DNA of 32,000 bases. Source: an uncultured archaeon (GTDB lineage Archaea > Asgardarchaeota > Thorarchaeia > Thorarchaeales > CAZPUN01). Positions 28,927 to 32,000 of this stretch are shown piece after piece. A program made the translations under genes and the position numbers. The number at the start of each line of letters is the position of its first letter. The stretch's first letter is position 1. The stretch lies in NCBI GenBank assembly GCA_964589775.1, contig CAZPUN010000007.1, positions 1 to 32,000 of the forward strand, written 5' to 3'. The notes below the pieces were generated by a model. The model was not told the origin of the DNA and did no database searches. It saw only the letters and a list, made by a program, of their open reading frames with translations.

Positions 28927-30450
28927 CTATTTTTCGACTATTAATTGTCTTATTAGTTCTTCAATCTGATTTTCCAATTCCATGGAGGTGCTATCAATTG
29001 AAGTTAAGATCTTTTTCACGATAGATATGATTTTATTTTTCAATTCAGGAGAGATTTCAGGAATTTCAATATGCTCAAGTAATCTTTGTGTAAAGCTAAT
29101 TCGTTTTCCTCTACGACCACCTTTGATAAAATAGTATTTTCTGAAGATTTTTGTATTTAGAAAACCCAATAGGAAATAAAGGTCATCATCATGATTTGGT
29201 TGAATAAACAGAACGTCTCCAGAGGGCAGTAATCCTTCAGGGCCCAAGCTGAAACGATTATATTCATGACGATCCAGAGCTGGGACATAAATTCGTTTTC
29301 TATTGATATTATTCTTTAAAAATTTAAAATTCCGCAACGCCTGCCATTGAAACCATTTAGTATCATTTGGAAGATAGCGAGTTTTCATTTTATCTTTGAA
29401 TTTTACAAGTTTAGAGTAAATATTCGGATAACATTTTTGTAATTCTTCTTCAGTTCGAATAGATTTGTCGATAACAATATATTTTGAGAATCCGTCAGTT
29501 TTATATCTTATGCAATTTTTAGACTTTATGAAATTCCACACTAACGATTTTTCGCTTTCTGTTAACTTCTTGACTTCCTCGTCTGTAATTAGAAACGCTT
29601 TATCAAAGCCGGAAACAAGTCCGACACCGACACGAGCGATATCTTTCAATCTAATTGAAGAGTGGAAAGAAATAGCGGACGGATATGTCGTCCAAATTTC
29701 ATGTGATAGGAAGTGTGGCTTTTGTGTATATGAGAATATATCATTATCACATTTATTCTGTAGCGACTCAACAGCAGCATTTTTCAATCTATCGAGTTGA
29801 ATATTCCGTAATTTTATGTTCAACACTTCGATTTTTTCATTTTTCAGATCAAATGTCCCTTTGCGATATCTGAAAATTATAGTTTCGGGGTTTTCACCTT
29901 TAAATATTCGAAGTTCATCAAGGTCTATTATGATTTCGAATTTTCCGGACTCAAGTAATTTTTTTCGGACATATTTTGCATGGGTATTATAAAAGAAATG
30001 ATATGGAACAATATAAATGAGTTCACCATTATCATTTAATAATTCAAGAGATTTCAAAATAAAGGCGTAGTAAATATCGCTTTTGCTTGTTTTGGTGATA
30101 TATCGTACTTCATTTTGAATATCTTGTGGAAGATTGCGAAAATGCGCATATGGGGGATTTCCAATTATGAGATCAAATTTACAATCGGGAGTATAACTTA
30201 GAAAGTCAGTATTAATGATTTCCACGCTTGAAAATGCCTTTTTGCATTCATCAGACAAGGTTTTATCAAGTTCAATTCCGACGCATGATGTAAAGCCACG
30301 ATTCAGTAGTTCTTTGATAAAAACTCCACGACCACAGCCAGAATCTAGTATTTTAGCATCAGGTTGTTCTAATGTTGTAAGGCGAACCATAAGTTCTGCA
30401 ATTGGAGGAGGAGTTGTAACGAAGGATAATCGCTCAGACATTTTCATCAT
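28927..30450 (-). CDS. N6-adenine DNA methyltransferase, gamma class (TaqI/Eco57I-like) with a C-terminal specificity domain
   Basis: Motif I ILDSGCGRGVF, motif IV IIGNPPY, DIYYAFI, GELIYIVP; TaqI_C-like LYFLLGFLNT...LEHIEIP. Confidence 0.9.
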   Translation of the reverse strand: MMKMSERLSFVTTPPPIAELMVRLTTLEQPDAKILDSGCGRGVFIKELLNRGFTSCVGIELDKTLSDECKKAFSSVEIINTDFLSYTPDCKFDLIIGNPPYAHFRNLPQDIQNEVRYITKTSKSDIYYAFILKSLELLNDNGELIYIVPYHFFYNTHAKYVRKKLLESGKFEIIIDLDELRIFKGENPETIIFRYRKGTFDLKNEKIEVLNIKLRNIQLDRLKNAAVESLQNKCDNDIFSYTQKPHFLSHEIWTTYPSAISFHSSIRLKDIARVGVGLVSGFDKAFLITDEEVKKLTESEKSLVWNFIKSKNCIRYKTDGFSKYIVIDKSIRTEEELQKCYPNIYSKLVKFKDKMKTRYLPNDTKWFQWQALRNFKFLKNNINRKRIYVPALDRHEYNRFSLGPEGLLPSGDVLFIQPNHDDDLYFLLGFLNTKIFRKYYFIKGGRRGKRISFTQRLLEHIEIPEISPELKNKIISIVKKILTSIDSTSMELENQIEELIRQLIVEK

Positions 30451-30786
30451 AATTCTTCTTTTATCATTAGTTGTCGCTAATAAAGCACTGCCCTTTAGGA
30501 GGTGATGGATTCCGGAGAGTGGGGTGGAAATTATGTATTAGATATACGGCATTATTATGGTGAAGCCAAATATGAATATTTTGCATAAAGTATTTCCGAA
30601 CTATGAAAGGGGATTGATAACAGACCTGATAAGCCTTAAGAGAAATATATTCTCTGTTCCCCTAAAACCTTCTAAGGCGCAGAGTATTATCATAAATAAA
30701 AGTAAATACAATATGAAAAAGCTTTCGATTAACAGAAATAAAAAAGATCAAAAAACAATAAAAAGTGATAAAAAAATAAGGGAAGC

Positions 30787-30987
30787 TTAGTTCTCCTCAA
30801 TTTCAGACTGTTCGAAAGTCTTTCGCTGATAAAATTCTTGTTGCTTCCCCTTATTCCATTGATCCACTGGTCTTAGGTATCCTACTACTCTGGAATACAC
30901 TTCACAGCGAGTTCTATGGATTTCTTTCTTGCGTGGTTCGGGAGGAACAATTTCCTCTGCCACTTTTCCTATTTTGATTGTAGACAT
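30787..30987 (-). CDS. Stand-alone glycyl-radical domain of class III ribonucleotide reductase
   Basis: CEVYSRVVGYLRPVDQWNKGKQQEFYQR is the NrdD C-terminal RxxGY radical loop; own SD GAGGTGA at 31002-30996. Confidence 0.88.
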   Translation of the reverse strand: MSTIKIGKVAEEIVPPEPRKKEIHRTRCEVYSRVVGYLRPVDQWNKGKQQEFYQRKTFEQSEIEEN

Positions 30988-31000
30988 TTTTTATTTCACC

Positions 31001-31999
31001 TCATAATTTCAAGTTTAGAGTAATTGCGGATGTTGATTCAGATGATGATTGTTGCTGTGCTGCTCTAAGTTCGGCTTCCTCATCACAAATTGGACAGAAT
31101 TCGTGCTCGCCGGGAATATATCCGTGAATTGGACAGATGCTGAATGTTGGAGTAATAGTAAAGTAGGGTAATCGGAAGTTCTCAGCCACCTTTCGGACTA
31201 GTTTTCGTGTTGCCCTCCAACTATAGATACGCTCTCCAAGGAAGATATGAGCTACAGTTCCTCCAGTATATTTAACTTGGAATTCGTCCTGAAGCTCAAG
31301 CATTTCAAAGAGATCTGCAGTATAATCAACTGGCAATTGAGTTGAGTTGGTATAATACGGAGCCGCTCCACGAGTTCGGAATGCCTCCTCATTTGCAACG
31401 ATTATATCAGGATATTGACGCTTGTCGATTCTAGCCAGCCTGTATGAGACACCCTCCGCAGGAGTTGCCTCCAGATTGAAGATATCTCCAGTCTCCTCCT
31501 GATATTCGCCAAGGCGATCCCTCATAAAGTCCATTACCCTCAATGCGAACTTGCGACCCTCAGGTTCGACTATAGTTACACCAAATAGATTTAACATTGC
31601 CTCGTTCATTCCGACAAGACCAATGGTTGAGAAGTGATTCTTCCAATACTGACCATAAGTCGATTTAATAGTCTGCAGATAGAATCGTGAATATGGATAA
31701 AGGCCCTGTTCAGTAAATCGCTCGACAACCTTTCTTTTAATAACAAGGCTTTCTTTTGCCAAGTCCATTAGGTCCGCAACATGCTCAAGAAATTCGTCTT
31801 CATCTTTAGATATGAATCCGATTCTGGGCATGTTTAAAGTAACGACACCAATTGAGCCAGTAAGTGGGTTGGCTCCAAACAATCCACCACCACGCTTTCT
31901 AAGCTCACGGTTGTCTAGCCTAAGCCTGCAACACATTGAGCGTGCATCTTCGGGTTTCATATCACTGTTTATGAAATTACTCCAGTAGGGGATACCGTA
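31001..31999 (-). CDS. nrdD: Anaerobic (class III) ribonucleoside-triphosphate reductase catalytic subunit; 5' part lies outside the window; lacks the Gly-radical tail
   Basis: Frame open to the window edge (YGIPYWSNFINSDMKP). Finger loop RSMCCRL, TGSIGVVTLN, EATPAEG, YYTNS, YTGG, Zn site CPIH...CPIC. Confidence 0.93.
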   Translation of the reverse strand, partial: YGIPYWSNFINSDMKPEDARSMCCRLRLDNRELRKRGGGLFGANPLTGSIGVVTLNMPRIGFISKDEDEFLEHVADLMDLAKESLVIKRKVVERFTEQGLYPYSRFYLQTIKSTYGQYWKNHFSTIGLVGMNEAMLNLFGVTIVEPEGRKFALRVMDFMRDRLGEYQEETGDIFNLEATPAEGVSYRLARIDKRQYPDIIVANEEAFRTRGAAPYYTNSTQLPVDYTADLFEMLELQDEFQVKYTGGTVAHIFLGERIYSWRATRKLVRKVAENFRLPYFTITPTFSICPIHGYIPGEHEFCPICDEEAELRAAQQQSSSESTSAITLNLKL

Positions 32000-32000
32000 C

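Noticed and set aside
701-30505. Numerous short ORFs overlapping or antisense to the main genes (e.g. 4719-5210, 13753-14172, 29465-29800)
   Set aside because: Shadow ORFs of well-supported genes with no independent motifs.
30557-30790. 77-aa plus-strand ORF
   Set aside because: The Lys-rich end is simply the antisense of the nrdD-operon U-tract terminator; no motifs.
31001-31003. TGA as a selenocysteine or readthrough codon joining nrdD to the radical domain
   Set aside because: The downstream ORF is out of frame (13-nt gap) and has its own SD.

Overview
AT-rich archaeal chromosomal window. It is probably from an Asgard-type lineage, inferred from GGAGG/GAGGTG Shine-Dalgarno sites, BRE-TATA-like promoters, sequon-rich Ig-domain surface proteins, and DENN-like and WD40 proteins. 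In order it contains: a large membrane-anchored surface protein; a RelBE-type toxin-antitoxin pair; a LigB-like dioxygenase and a GNAT; nrdG; an M23-like secreted protein; ATP-type PEP carboxykinase; a GT2 glycosyltransferase; a ~350-nt hairpin-rich non-coding segment; a 4-gene ABC importer; a 1492-aa longin/DENN-like plus alpha-helical protein followed by a 14-repeat WD40 protein; a ~1480-aa secreted protein with an N-terminal caspase/CHAT-like His-Cys domain; an orphan N6-adenine DNA methyltransferase; and a class III ribonucleotide reductase whose glycyl-radical domain is a separate gene. The most notable observations are: (1) the DENN-like/solenoid plus double beta-propeller pair, a possible proto-coat or trafficking module; (2) two paralogous ABC ATPases whose degenerate motifs all map to one composite ATP site; (3) the secreted caspase-like multidomain protein; (4) the candidate structured ncRNA; (5) the split NrdD. 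All domain calls come from reading motifs by eye; no searches were run.
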